Counted from the first letter of the stretch, positions 51,927 through 63,880 are shown. The stretch is 64,000 nucleotides of DNA from Eledone cirrhosa (GCA_964016885.1 CAXHJY010000743.1:1-64000), one strand, 5' to 3'. Notes: generated from the sequence alone by a model not told the origin. Program-made: numbers and translations.

Positions 51927-52140
51927 CTGATTTAGATTGATTGAACCGTGCAATTGCAGCAGCTGCAGCTCTCTGTTCAGATTCTGTTTTAGGGGCTGAC
52001 TGTGATGATGAAGAGCGAGCACATAAAGTGGAATGCGAAGTTCTCGGAGAATTTTCTTTTTCGCCAGTTAATTTATGACCAGGACCAGCTTTCTTAAAGA
52101 AGTGATCTAGTTTAATCTTATCAAAAAAGTTATTTGGCAT
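51927..52140 (-). CDS. UBXN6: UBXN6 first coding exon (VIM-containing N-terminus)
   Basis: MPNNFFDKIKLDHFFKKAGPGHKL...EQRAAAAAIARF; donor CAG|GTATAT, phase 1; the joined CDS is 438 aa. Confidence 0.9.
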
Positions 52141-52299
52141 CGTGATTTGCTTGATGAGTGGAAATATTAAAATAAAAGATTAATAATTTAGACAATTGAA
52201 TTTTTCAATTTTTAACTTTTAATCCCATGAAATTTAATTTATTTGTTAGAAGTTTCAAAGTTTGTGTTGAATGATGTCTTTTCACTATAGCTAGCTTTG

Positions 52300-52333
52300 T
52301 TAGAAGGTTGCTGACCTTGTGGCTGGTGGATTC
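52300..52333 (-). CDS. Candidate last coding segment of an uncharacterised membrane protein
   Basis: Acceptor atctttaCAG|G; in phase 2 it reads (R)NPPATRSATF*. AATAAA at 52243-52238 lies downstream. Confidence 0.4.
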
Positions 52334-52599
52334 CTGTAAAGATTGGAATTTTAAAAATTGCCATTTTAAAAACAAATCACATATTCAGTATTCTTGTTAT
52401 AAAATAAATGAGTGATAATATTAATGAGTGTTTTAAACAAAAATGTTTCAAATATCCAAATAATTTGATGGAATAACTATATCATACAAAAGTGTCAAAT
52501 AAAAAGAGATTCAACTTTCTTTTTGCCATGGAAAATACCAAGAATCAAATGTAAATTAACTACCAAAATATAAAAGCTAGTGTAAATTGTTTCTAATAT

Positions 52600-52790
52600 A
52601 GGCATAAAGCCTATTGTGGGAGAGGATAGTGGATTATATTGACTCATGTACTAGACTGGTATTTTATTTTATCAACCCTGAAAGGATGAGAAACAAAACT
52701 GACGACAGCTGGATTTGAACTCAAAATGTAAAGAACAAAAACAAATATCACAAGATATTTTGTCCAATCCTTTAACAATTCTAGCAATCC
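52600..52790 (-). mobile_element. SINE with a Nin/Deu-like domain (related decayed copies at ~42405-42475 and ~53490-53740)
   Basis: Reverse complement contains GAGTTCAAATCC and CATCCTTTCAGGGTTGATAAAATAAAATACCAG. Confidence 0.7.
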
Positions 52791-52879
52791 AAAAACATAA
52801 TCAATTAAGAAATAAAAACTTAAGTTAATCAAAAGAATAGACTCAGTACTACTGTACCAATGATTTCTATATGCCCTGC

Positions 52880-53135
52880 CAGACTGGTGAAATTGTGTGG
52901 TTGATGCGCAGCTTGAACATTTGTAGGTCAATGTCTGCAGGAAATGCATAGCTGGGGAAGCAATTGGAAAAAGTTGTAGTCCTGGGAGAAATGTTTAGTG
53001 TTGTGAAGGGAGAAGATGAGACACTGTGAAGATGATGACAGGAGAAATATGTAGGTCCAGTGAGCCTAAGAGAGTTCAGAAGAGCAGACATAGTTTTAGT
53101 AGCAACAAAAGAGGCAAACTGCTTTTGTTTTGATG
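52880..53135 (-). mobile_element. Decayed Jockey/CR1-group LINE 3' remnant
   Basis: Peptide NCFPSYAFPADIDLQMFKLRINH resembles LINE ORF2 C-termini and the copy at 54345-54960. Confidence 0.5.
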
Positions 53136-54344
53136 AGTTCATTATAAAACCACATTTCTTTACACGATTGATGCTCTACTATGCCTGTACCATTTATAAT
53201 TAGTAACATAGCATTTTATCTGAGACAATGCTTTTTAAAATTGTACTATAAGCTCCTCCTTTGTGTTTATATTTTGGCTTCAGCCTTTGACATGTTCATA
53301 AATCACATGTTGCTAAAATATTTACAATTATTACCATTTATCAAAGTCCTGTATGTGTGTGTATATATATATCAGAGAGAAAAAAAGAGAGAGAGACTAT
53401 TTATAACTTAAAAATCGCCTTGCTAACTAGTGTAAAGCTGAAAATACTTAGTTACCTGCTTAAGGACTAAGCTGGTCATCATTTTGTTTTTTGCCAAGGT
53501 CCCAGTTTTCCAGTGATGTGAGGTGGGATTTGAACTTAGAATATACAAAGCTATAATAGATACTGTAAGGTAACCCATCTGATGTGCTAACAATTCGTCT
53601 AATCCACCTCCCTGGATTGGTATTTTATCAACCCCAAAAGGCTGAAAAGTAATGCTGGTCTCAGTAAAATTTGAATTCTGGGCATAAACAGCTAAACAAA
53701 TAATTACAAGGCATTCTATCGAATGATTTTGCCAATTTACTGTCTATTACAGTAATACCTTCTTCGTGTTACCCTATTGAGCACTGATTTGTAATAACAC
53801 TCTTTCCTGGAAATTAATATTTTCACCTTATCATAAACATTCATATAAAAAAATCTGACCATTTTGTCTTGCAACTAACTCTTTCTTCATTTTTTAGAGT
53901 GGGAGAGAAAGATGATGATGATAAAATAAAACAGAGAAAAGAAAAAGATGTTGAAAAATGAACATACTATCAAAGTGGGAATGAGAAAGAGTGTAAACAG
54001 GCATTTGAGGTAAAAAAAAAAAAAAAAAAGGTCATTTTCTTGTGCTCTACTGTCTGTCCTTTTACTCTCCCCTTTTTTCTCTGCCTCACACTATTCCTTC
54101 CTCTCCCTTTCTCTGTACTTTGGAGCATTTTTTTTTTACTCTGCATGTACATCAAAAATTATTTCATTGAAAAAAAGAAACAATATGTATATGTACATAC
54201 ATATGTATGTAAATATGTTTGTGTGGAGGCGATGCATGTGTGATTGCAAACATTCTTACTTGTATGCATACACACACACAAATACATATATACACACATT
54301 AAACGGTATACATTTCGTAGAATTTTTTTTTTTTTATGCCTGGA

Positions 54345-54960
54345 GGCGCTCTTAAATTGAGGAGATTGAATCTGTTGATATTCAGTTTAAATTGATGCAA
54401 GTTGACTTCTACAAGAAAGGCATGTACAGGGAAAGAATAATAGAGGGATAACATTCTGGGGAGGAAAGACTGGGCATAGTGGTTAGAGAAAGACCTGGAT
54501 GACTTAACAAAATATAGATGAGAGGAGGGGCAAGTGAGGTTGGTATGTCTAAGTGAAAGTTGTTGGAAGTCAGCCATATTCAAGGAGCAGAGGCCACTGT
54601 AGTATAATTAGAAAAAGTAGCAAGAGGAGAAAGAACATCCGTAAGCCAGAAGCAGGACTGTGTCTGTTAGTGACTATGCCAATCAGACAAGTGACCTTTT
54701 TCTGGATGCATTCTAGGATGATTGTGTGTGGCAGCAGCTCCATCCCAGATGAGGGAACAGTACTCCATTATGGGTGTTACCTGAGCTTTGCAAAGGATCA
54801 GAGGTTGTTAAGGGCTGAAGTAATTTTCTGGTTTTAAAAAGAAGAGTCTTTCTGATACACATGCTAGTTATGTTTAGGATGTGCATTTGCGATGAAAGAT
54901 CCTTAGTGAAAGCAAGGCTGAACATTTGAAGTGAATGTGCGAGCTCTAATTGCATGCTGT
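54345..54960 (-). mobile_element. Decayed Jockey/CR1-group LINE 3' remnant
   Basis: HYAQSFLPRMLSLYYSFPVHAFLVEVNLHQFKLNINRFNL; upstream ATGGAGTACTGTTCCCTCATCTGGGATGG (MEYCSLIWDG); followed by an A-rich tail. Confidence 0.65.
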
Positions 54961-56383
54961 TCATGTTTAATGGTGATGAAGTGCGATGCAGTTTTAGTTC
55001 TATATACATACAATCAAAAAGCAAATGAACAATAACAAAATGAATCAGATCTTTCACTGATTTGGTTTCAGTCATTCAACTGGAGTGCTGTCATACTTGC
55101 GAACGTCTTAATGAGTTTCAGACATCATATTGATCCCAGTACTCGTTTCAATCTGTTGCTCATTTTATCGAACTACTATGTTATGGGACAAAAGCAAGAA
55201 CATAGACATGGATACACGCATTGAATACAAGTGCTGATTTTCAAATAATATATTTGTACAGAGTTGCAATTAATTTCCAAAGAATTAGCCAACTGAACCA
55301 AAGAATTACTAAGCAACTTCAAGTACGCATTTTAGAGGTTTGCCAAAAATTGCAATTGGTTATTATGGCAGAAACTCACTTGCACAAAAACTCAAGCTAC
55401 AGCTTTTCTTTTAACCTGCCACCCCTATTCCATCTGCATCATACTACTTTTATAATAACTATCACAATCACAACTATTTTCTTAAACACTATCCATTAAA
55501 ATGCGCGGATAGCATCAAGGAATAACCTAAGACCTGGCTCGCAATAAAGATGGATGGAGTAAAGGAAGTGATACACTGCTCTACCATGCTGTAATCCCAC
55601 GACGCTGGGAGGAAAATGCATGTTTTTGACAAAATAAATTATCACCAACCAACAGTACATAAGGCGAGGGTGGGAAAACAAAGGAGTTTCTACAGTGGCA
55701 GACAATTCTTCCACTGATCACATATTATTGTCTTTAAAAAAAGACACGTTTGGATAGTCCTATATATACAGAAAGACGGTATGGTGACGAATACTTTTGA
55801 TCTTAGGTTTGTTCAATCAGAGTTGACCTGATGCTAAACAATAACTTTAGCTATTATTATTCTGTCATGCTACTTATGATACATGCTCAATTCATTCTTA
55901 TTTACAGAATGTTCAAATTGTACAACAGCAGTTTGATAATTCACCAGTTACTAGCTAATGCCTATTTATTATTGTTGTTTTTTTTTCAGTAACTTGATCG
56001 GAGGAAGAAGGGTAGCGCGTATGACACTTTTCAAAGTCCCTGGGTATGGAAAAAATTGCAAGTGTGGACTCCGCTAAAGGCACCAATTAGTGGTGTTAAA
56101 ATGATTAAATCGGCTAGTTAGGAACAGTAACAGTCCGACGGGCTTACACCCAGTTTCCACCTACTAAATTTCACTCACAAGGCTACCGCAGAAGACACTT
56201 GCCCAGAGTAATGTGTAGGGAGGATAAATACTAAACCATGCTGTTACGGAGTCAACTTCTTGACCGTAACAGCTATGTCTGCGCATAGGCCTAATGCGTA
56301 ATCATAAGCATCGAGCTTAGGATTACAGCCTATCCTTTATAGAGAAGCATGCTCCCAAAATACATTTACTTCATTATAATTTC

Positions 56384-56752
56384 CTGGAAACGTTCGGTGG
56401 ATTTGGGCTACTGACAGCGAAGTTCTTGTCTTCACTGGCAGCTCGCCTTACTGAGGTGTCAGGTAATGCCCGTGAGGGTGCCTGGTTATTTCAGAGCCTT
56501 AGCCTCGCCATCACCTGTGGTAATGCTGCGAGCATGTTGGCTTGCCTGAAAGTGTACAATTAACCCCCAAGGTGTGAGGTGTTGCCGCTTGTCGCACTTG
56601 GTGAATTGCCTCCTCCTTTCTTTTCTTCTTTTTCCTTCTTTCTTACCTTTATCATTTTTGTTCATGATTTTATATGTTATGTTATTTATGTATATATTTA
56701 AAACATATTTGCAACGTTATTCTACTGTAAATTTATACAACTGTAATAAAAT
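56384..56752 (+). mobile_element. 3' end of a CRE-clade RLE non-LTR retrotransposon
   Basis: 56384-56563 reads LETFGGFGLLTAKFLSSLAARLTEVSGNAREGAWLFQSLSLAITCGNAASMLACLKVYN* (FQRLSLAIQRGNAAS-type motif); T-rich 3' UTR ends AATAAAA. Confidence 0.7.
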
Positions 56753-57552
56753 ATGTGACCAATTAAGTTAACGGAATAAAGAATACACATCATAAACACA
56801 CACACACATCATAAACGCACACGCACATCATAAACGCAAATTAGTTTCAAGTAAATGAATCTACCGTTGTTGTTATTTAGTCACAGGTTAGCCCTTTTAG
56901 AGCAGGCACAACTATGATCAAAGACTATTCCAGTTATGACCAGATCGTATGTTCTTCCATACACCGAACAAGTTTACTCCTTCGACAATACGGTAGAGCG
57001 TGGTTTGAAGAAAAATTGGCTGCTGTTTCTAACGTGTCAAGCGACCGTGTAGAGGCTTCATCAGCGGATCACACAGAAGATATTTCATTCCATGATAACA
57101 TAAAAAGCAGATCACAGTCTTCTTTATGCTTTCATGGGCGAAGTAATATAATTCTGTAGCTGCGTAAATGTTATTGTAATAGACATTACAATAAATACGT
57201 AGTAATTAGAGTTGAGAGATAACCGCTATGACTAAATATAATTGAGTGTTGCTGCTGTTGTGTAAAACCCATGTCAGCTTTCATCGAGCAGGCATATGGT
57301 CCTGTCGTCATAAATTGCCGCGTTATTGTATTATTTTAAGTGTATGCATAAAATATTTTCTAATACATACATATCTGTGTCTGAAAGATGAGGGGAAGAG
57401 GGGAAATTTGTGCATAGACAACATATCGACTACTGTTTGCTTCTTTTTTTTTTTTTTTTAAACTGTTTTAGGGTTTCCTTAAACGGTTAACACGTGGAAC
57501 AAGTTCAAGACGCAAATTACTACCAATAACTCACTGAAATAATTTAAATAAC

Positions 57553-57646
57553 CTGATTGTTATTGTGTACCAGTCATATGACATGATTTGATCAGGTGAG
57601 ACACCAGTTGAAACAAATAAGCTGGAGTCATTATATGTAATCCATG
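57553..57646 (-). CDS. Candidate internal exon of the uncharacterised membrane protein
   Basis: cctaataaCAG|CA...ATCAG|GTTATT; open in phase 1: (A)WITYNDSSLFVSTGVSPDQIMSYDWYTITI. Confidence 0.45.
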
Positions 57647-58593
57647 CTGTTATTAGGATATTGACAGAAACTCATTTAAATACATTCGGTTCACTGCATA
57701 GTGTAAATTGGTAAAAGTGAATTCAAATATATACAAATGTCTAATATATATATTTATTATACACTAATCTCCGCGTACTACTTTATAAATATCTAACTAT
57801 GTAACATATTTTCGATTTTTATTTTCTTACAAAATGTGTAAATATTTCAGTGTACGACACTAAAATAATGATTTTGACTAAGTTCGCTTAAAAGCAGATT
57901 TTATAGAACATATCACCTTAGATATATCAACATCTGACCGGTATAGATTTTATTTACTTCTGATGACTACTTTTTTTTCGCATGGCTATTAACTTCCTAA
58001 GTGTATCGAATGTCAAGAAAAATGAGTTAGATCGATTAACACAAAATAGAGCCAATACAATTACTTTTCTGCAAAATTCAACAGTGGCGTTATGCCTTTA
58101 AATAAAGTATCCAAGGATATCGGAGACGACTATACCTTGTCATAAATAATGGATTACTTACGTGTACTATTTATATGAAAAAGAAATTATAACATTTTAA
58201 CCTTTCGCCAAAAAAAGACTCTTCTCAGTCTTTCGTTTTTCACTTTCCGACATGGGGGGGGGGGGGGGAAATCACCGGATTTTTATTATAGTTTCATACA
58301 CTGAAAAATTGAGACCATCTAATTACACACTACACTAGAACATTTCTGTTATTTATATATATATATATAATTCAAAGTAAAAGATATATGTGTATATATA
58401 TATCCAAGAGAATACACAATATATTGTATATATACAAAGCACATATTTCAGATGGAAACAATATTGTTTCTTTCTCTCTCTCTATATATATATTTATTTT
58501 AAAGAGTTAAACAAGATTCAATGAGTACATCAAAGAATGAGTTTTACAGTAGATTGAAAGCACTCTACAGTATGATATTTTCCAGAGTTATTA

Positions 58594-58862
58594 ATATTAA
58601 ATTCAAATATTAATAAAATAGATGTTATTGTGATTAATTAAATTTTATTATACATATTTCAGAGGTACTTGAATCAAGTTCAATAGTACGTCCTCATCAC
58701 TACCTTGATTAAATCTTAACCATTTAACATGTCAGGGTATATCATTTTATTTTATCTGACGAGGACGTACTATTGAACTTGATTTAAGTACCTCTGAAAT
58801 ATGTATAATAAAATTTAATTGATCACAAGAACATCCATTTTATTAATATTTGAATTTAATAT
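58594..58862. mobile_element. Inverted repeat (106-bp arms, 57-bp spacer); probable second Penelope-like pLTR pair
   Basis: 58594-58699 is the reverse complement of 58757-58862 with a few mismatches. Outer extension 58367-58397 pairs with 58859-58890. Contains a hammerhead-like core. Confidence 0.65.
58744..58814 (+). ncRNA. Degenerate Type I hammerhead ribozyme
   Basis: CUGACGA 58756-58762. Stem II GGACGUACU/AGUACCUCU with one C-C mismatch. GAAA 58796-58799. UAU-GUA. AU-rich, imperfect stem I. Confidence 0.55.
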
Positions 58863-59523
58863 ACACACATATCTTTTACTTTTGAATTATTATAGCTCTG
58901 GACTAAGTCTATTGAGCTTTTTTATTGAGAAGCACAAAAATCAAACATATTTTATGTTTTGATACCTCACATTTTGTATATTTCCGTGTACTAGTTTATA
59001 AATACCTACTTTCATTTTTTTTCTTGCGACGTGTGGTATGTAATTATCTACTCTAAATATTTTCGCGGATGACAGTAAAATAATGATTTTGACCAGAGAT
59101 TATATCGTCTTATTCAATATATTTGACTGGTATAGGTTTTATTTACATCAGAACAGACTGTGACGATTATTTTAGAGGCAGTCCTGAAACTGAAACGGAA
59201 TTTCCAAAGTGAATGTCTTTAACTTTGCAAATTAAAAGTTGTTTACATATATATATATATATATACACACATTCACTAATCGTCGGTCTATTGTGGGTTA
59301 AATAAAACATATACCAGTCATATATGTTGAGTAAAGCGATATGTTCTATATAATCTTTCTTTGAGCGAACCTGGTCAAAATCATTATTTTACTGTCATAC
59401 GCAGAAATATTTAGAGCAGATAATTAGACAACACACACATATATATATATGTGTATGTATATAAATAGGATAGTAATGGCGGAGGGGAATGATTGTTGAT
59501 AATTCATAATTTCCAGAACTTAC

Positions 59524-59833
59524 CTGATCGTACGAACAGGTCGTTTATGTTAAATCCGTACACAAGCCATGCCAAATGGATGAGAACGATAGTTATGAAG
59601 AAATAAGCAAGCAATCCAAGCAAAACCCTCACTTGAACAGGACTGTTCACAAAGCACAGCCGACCAGGTCCATATGTTGTGTCGCTACTAGCCAAGGGGG
59701 TGTCGCCCTGGTCTGAGTTTGAGATCCCAACAACCGATTGCAATACACCTTCAGCACACGATATAATACGTTCTGGTTTTAGGTAGTCGTATATAATACG
59801 GTAATAAGTGTTCAACTGATTCCAGTTAGACAT
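59524..59833 (-). CDS. Candidate first coding exon of an uncharacterised membrane protein
   Basis: ATG-initiated, 103 codons plus 1 nt, ending at a consensus donor CAG|GTAAGT. Hydrophobic span VLLGLLAYFFITIVLIHLAWLVYG. Locally CpG-rich and not repeat-like. Confidence 0.62.
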
Positions 59834-59879
59834 ACCAGGGAAAACTTGGTTGTAACTTAAATAAAAATTACGTACTAGG

Positions 59880-59960
59880 AGTAAACATGCAAAACCCGAT
59901 TAGTTTTAATAGCGGAGATGCGATTGGTGGGAATGTTTGGCAACCTTAGTTATCGACCTT
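59880..59960 (-). promoter_or_regulatory. Possible promoter of the minus-strand locus
   Basis: CpG-retaining patch with a CCAAT box (ATTGG at 59923-59927) ~90 bp upstream of the ATG at 59833. Confidence 0.3.
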
Positions 59961-60224
59961 CTTACAATTACCTCCCTTCCACAAGTCTTCCATCAGTAAT
60001 TTTACAAAAACATTAATGGAATTATTATTTTGTGTAAGAGTTATAATAGACATTTAAAATACATGTATATCATTACAATTTTGCTTTATTTTGTAATTAT
60101 GCTATACTGTTTTGTTGTACATCTACGATCTGGTTACTGACACAATTTCACTGCAAGAAAGATGTAGATAAATTACGTGATAGATGAACAACAAAATCTC
60201 TTGACACTTTATATTATATGTTGA

Positions 60225-60298
60225 TATGTGTAGGAGATTAAATATGAAATCATCACCATATTATGTGTAGGAGATTAAATATGAAATCATCACCATAT
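60225..60298. repeat. 37-bp perfect tandem duplication
   Basis: TATGTGTAGGAGATTAAATATGAAATCATCACCATAT x2. Confidence 0.9.
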
Positions 60299-60771
60299 TG
60301 TTTTCTTTTTGAATCCATTACTCTTTCAGAACAATGAATCTACACCAAGAAAGTCTTGCTTCAGTCCCGTTAGCAAAGCAATGTTAGCAGAGGCCAAGCA
60401 TAGGAGTAACAGTTCTATCTGCAGTGACTGTGTTTGAAGGCAGTCTGCCAGTTTTATCTTGGTGCTGTTTTTGATTGAGTATGCTTCTCTTCAACAACAA
60501 ACATCAGCTTCTTCTATTACCTTGTTAAACTCTTGTCTAATTCTAACCTCTAGTGAAAGCCATCACTTGCAATATCAAGAGGAGACTGACAGAAAAATAT
60601 TGCTTTACTTTCTGCAGCTGGGTGCCATTTCTAACACCCACTTTACAGAGTGTGCTGTGTGTATTTTATATCGTGACACCAGCACCAGAGAGGTTATGAC
60701 CTCGGCAAAAGTAAGGAATCATTTCTCCATTCATTTGCCAACTGCTTTAAAGAGTGCACTGGGTACATTTT

Positions 60772-63700
60772 AGCATCACCGTTTAACATTCATTTTCCGC
60801 ACGATGGCCTGATTTAGACGAGTTGTCCCGTTGTGAGACAAGTCAGATCAAATAACCATGTCTTGTTCACACACTGTTACTGGCTTGGTTTCTACAGTTA
60901 GACGCCCTTCCTAATGTCAACCCCATTTACAGCATGGACTGGGTGCTTTTTATCGTGGCACCAAAACTACCAACTGACTGGATGCTTTTTTGTCATGTCA
61001 CCAACACGACCACTTTACAAAGTGGGCTGAGTGCTTTTCTCGTGCCACCAACACGACCACTTTACAGGGTAGACTGGATGCTTTTTGTTGTGTCACTAAT
61101 AGGACCACCTTGCAGTGTGGGTTGGGTGCTCTTTCACTAGCATGAATACCTATGATGGACTAGGGTCCTTTGTTGCGTAACCAACATGACCACCTTTTCG
61201 GTGGATAGACTGAAAAGGGCACACAATGACGCTCATACACCCGAGCCACAAATACCCCAATCTTTCTCTCTTGTGCATACACCTGCTCCTTCTGCCCCAC
61301 CTTCACCTACATACAAGATTACGACCCGTTCCGGTCGGAGAGTCCACTGGCCCAAAAAGTTCTGCCAAACTATTTTTATGTGAACTGGCCACTGGAGCCT
61401 TTTTTTTTTTTTTGCTGTTCTTGTTATTTATTGATTTATTGTATTACAATGTACCTCTCATTACCATTTCACTGGATGTATATATATGTTTTTCGTTTCC
61501 TTTTACAACGAACATTTTAAAAGAAATTTGATTTTTTTTTACACATTTCGACACAAACACTTCTTTTCGCTGTATCTCAACTATTGCTTATTCTTTCCAC
61601 CAAGCTATATTCTTCTATTTGCCGGTTTAAAAATTTACCACGTAAATTTGCCGTTGAAAACTGCGCATTTATTCAGAATGCTTATTTCTCTGGTCGCTGG
61701 CCTCTTGACCCTTCCAGGTCAACGCATTCACAACATCAACAACAACACAGCTTCATCAACAACCAAAACCAGCAGAACAAGCCAGAGAATTTATTTCTGC
61801 AGCACTCTTCCTGTGAGAAATTCTCTTCGGAAGTTGGAAATTTCACGTTATACCACAGACCAGAAACCACCTGCATTCATTCTCTGGAACACATTCTTTC
61901 CTGCTGTCATGTGATTGCACACATGTGAACTGTATTTTGAACTTTGACCTCTTCTCTTCCTTTGATTACATTGTATCATAATTTTCATGCCTCTTACATG
62001 CTCGCCATCTTACTCCATGCATGCTTCATTCGATTTTTATGTTTTAAAAATCTGGCGGGAGATAATGTAGCAAGAGTTGCCTCCCTTATGATAATCTCAT
62101 CACCGCTCTCTAGACAGGAAGTAGCTGGAGTTGCTTCCCTTTGGGGGTGACAGACTCCCTGTTGGTCACTTCCGGTCAGACCCTATAAAAGGAACAGGTT
62201 AGGACGATATCTCTCTCTCTCGCCTCCTGAATTCCAAAGTGGTAACACCTGCGACCATAGCATGAGATGATTCCTTTCTCATAATCCTTCGCCACCAAGA
62301 AGAATGCAACCGGCAGCCTAAGAGCCTAAGAAGATGTTAACACCTCCTAGAGAAGATCTCTGTTCTTCTCTACACACTTCAGCCTAGGAGTTGTGATCCA
62401 CGGGTAATGATTCATTTATATTAATCCCTTTGACTTCTGTGAAGTAAAAACATTGTCACAACACACACCGGCATTTATTGTCTTTTGTAATAATTTTATA
62501 TGTACACCGATACCAATCTCCTAAACCTATGATGGACTAGGGTCCTTTGTTGTGTCACCAACATGACCACCTTATAGAGTGGGTTGGGAGCTTTTAGCTA
62601 TTTCAGAAGCATTGTGGGGGAGCATGTCTAACTTTCCGTTTCTTGGGTTAGACGAGAGAGGTGTATCAAATGTGGAAGGTGAGGGGGAGGTATGGTGCAT
62701 GTATGCAGGATGGGGATTGAAGAGGTAGATCTAAGGTGGGGTACTTAGCTGGTGATGGGTGGAGTTTTAAGATGTGGGAAGTGTTGACAAAGTGCTTTTT
62801 GTTATGGGAGCGGGGAGCAGATTTGGACCATATTTTACTTTCCACACTTGTAGGTAGGGGTTGATTGTGATCAGAGAGGTATTATGGGAGCGTCTATCGT
62901 GGGGAGGGGAAGGAGTATGCAAGTTGGACATGAATGAGGGGAGTGGGGTATTTTGTTGATGAGGGCAAGGATATTAAGACTAGGGAAAGTGAATGGGGAG
63001 AGGATGGAAACGCTAGTTGCAGGCTAGTACCCTGTATATGGTTGTTTTACCCTATGCATATGAAGGCAGGTCTTCTGCAGTACAGCATAAGGCCAGAGAA
63101 GTCGTTCCTTTGAGAGATTTAATTGTGCACGGTCAGCTTTTATCACTTCATCCCAAGCTTTTCTAGGTCTTCCTCTTCCATAGCTACCATCAACATTGTA
63201 CGCACTGTACCTTTTATACATCTGTCATCTTTCATATACATCACATATCCATACCACCTTAATCTCCTTTCCTGCACACTATCTAATCCCCCATATGCCC
63301 AGTTTCTCTTTGTTCATTTATGCTTTGTCCTTCATGCATACTACTATTACACATCCATTGAAGCATGGAAGCTTCATTTCTTTCCAATCTTCGTAGTTCC
63401 TCTGCACACAGTGTCCAGGTTTCACTTCCATGCAACATTGTTGTTTGTACACAAGCATCATACAATCTGCCTTTCATTTTGAGGGGAAAACCCTTTGTAG
63501 TTAGCAGTAGATGGTAGCTCTCTGGACTTTTCCTCCTGTTCTCACTCTGGCTACAGTACTTTCAGAACACCCACCTCCACTGCTAATTTGGTCACCCAAG
63601 TAACAGAAGCTGTCGACTACTTCTACGGAGTCCTCTGAACATTTAATAGAGCTTGTTTCTTGTAAGCTCATGCTGCTTATTGCTCCTGTGCCTCTACAAC

Positions 63701-63880
63701 ATATAAAACCTACATTCTTTGCTAGCCTGCCTGAGATCCCCCTACATCTTTTGTATACCCATAGTGTGCATTTGAGACATAAGATGGAATTTCTACTCAC
63801 TCCTTTCCTGCACACAGAGTATGGTTATTTTCCTGAAAGAATCAAGGTCCTGTTTTCTTTCTACTCAATAGAACTTTAGT
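60772..63880 (-). mobile_element. Decayed RTE LINE whose 3' UTR is interrupted by a Gypsy fragment
   Basis: Coding remnants at 63815-63024 (CRKGVSRNSILC, MKGRLYDAC, GRPRKAWD); 3' UTR minisatellite units at 60920-61196 and 62526-62590; tail at ~60772. Confidence 0.8.
61197..62525 (+). mobile_element. Ty3/Gypsy LTR retrotransposon 3' fragment (integrase tail, PPT, 3' LTR 62066-62525)
   Basis: SVDRLKRAH...TTRSGRRVHWPKKF integrase C-terminus; PPT GGCGGGAGA 62054-62062; LTR TGTAG...CTAAA; TATAAAA 62184-62190. Confidence 0.75.

Larger units (their letters stand above)
57771..59427. repeat. Three diverged copies of a ~130-190-bp repeat (57771-57956 +, 58984-59145 +, 59299-59427 -)
   Basis: Shared core TAAAATAATGATTTTGAC...TGAC(C/T)GGTATA...TTTTATTTA; the last two copies are inverted relative to each other. 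Confidence 0.75.

Noticed and set aside
60920-61196. CRISPR-like regularly spaced repeats
   Set aside because: These are degenerate tandem units of an RTE 3' UTR with no unique spacers, in a eukaryotic context with no cas genes.
61486-61928. 142-aa and 114-aa ORFs as an env-like or extra gene
   Set aside because: Non-ATG or low-complexity frames in the Gypsy 3' untranslated region with no recognisable motif.
62680-63010. G-rich tract as a G-quadruplex regulatory element (also 5139-5178)
   Set aside because: It is the antisense of the C-rich RTE 3' UTR seen in several copies; nothing indicates a locus-specific role.
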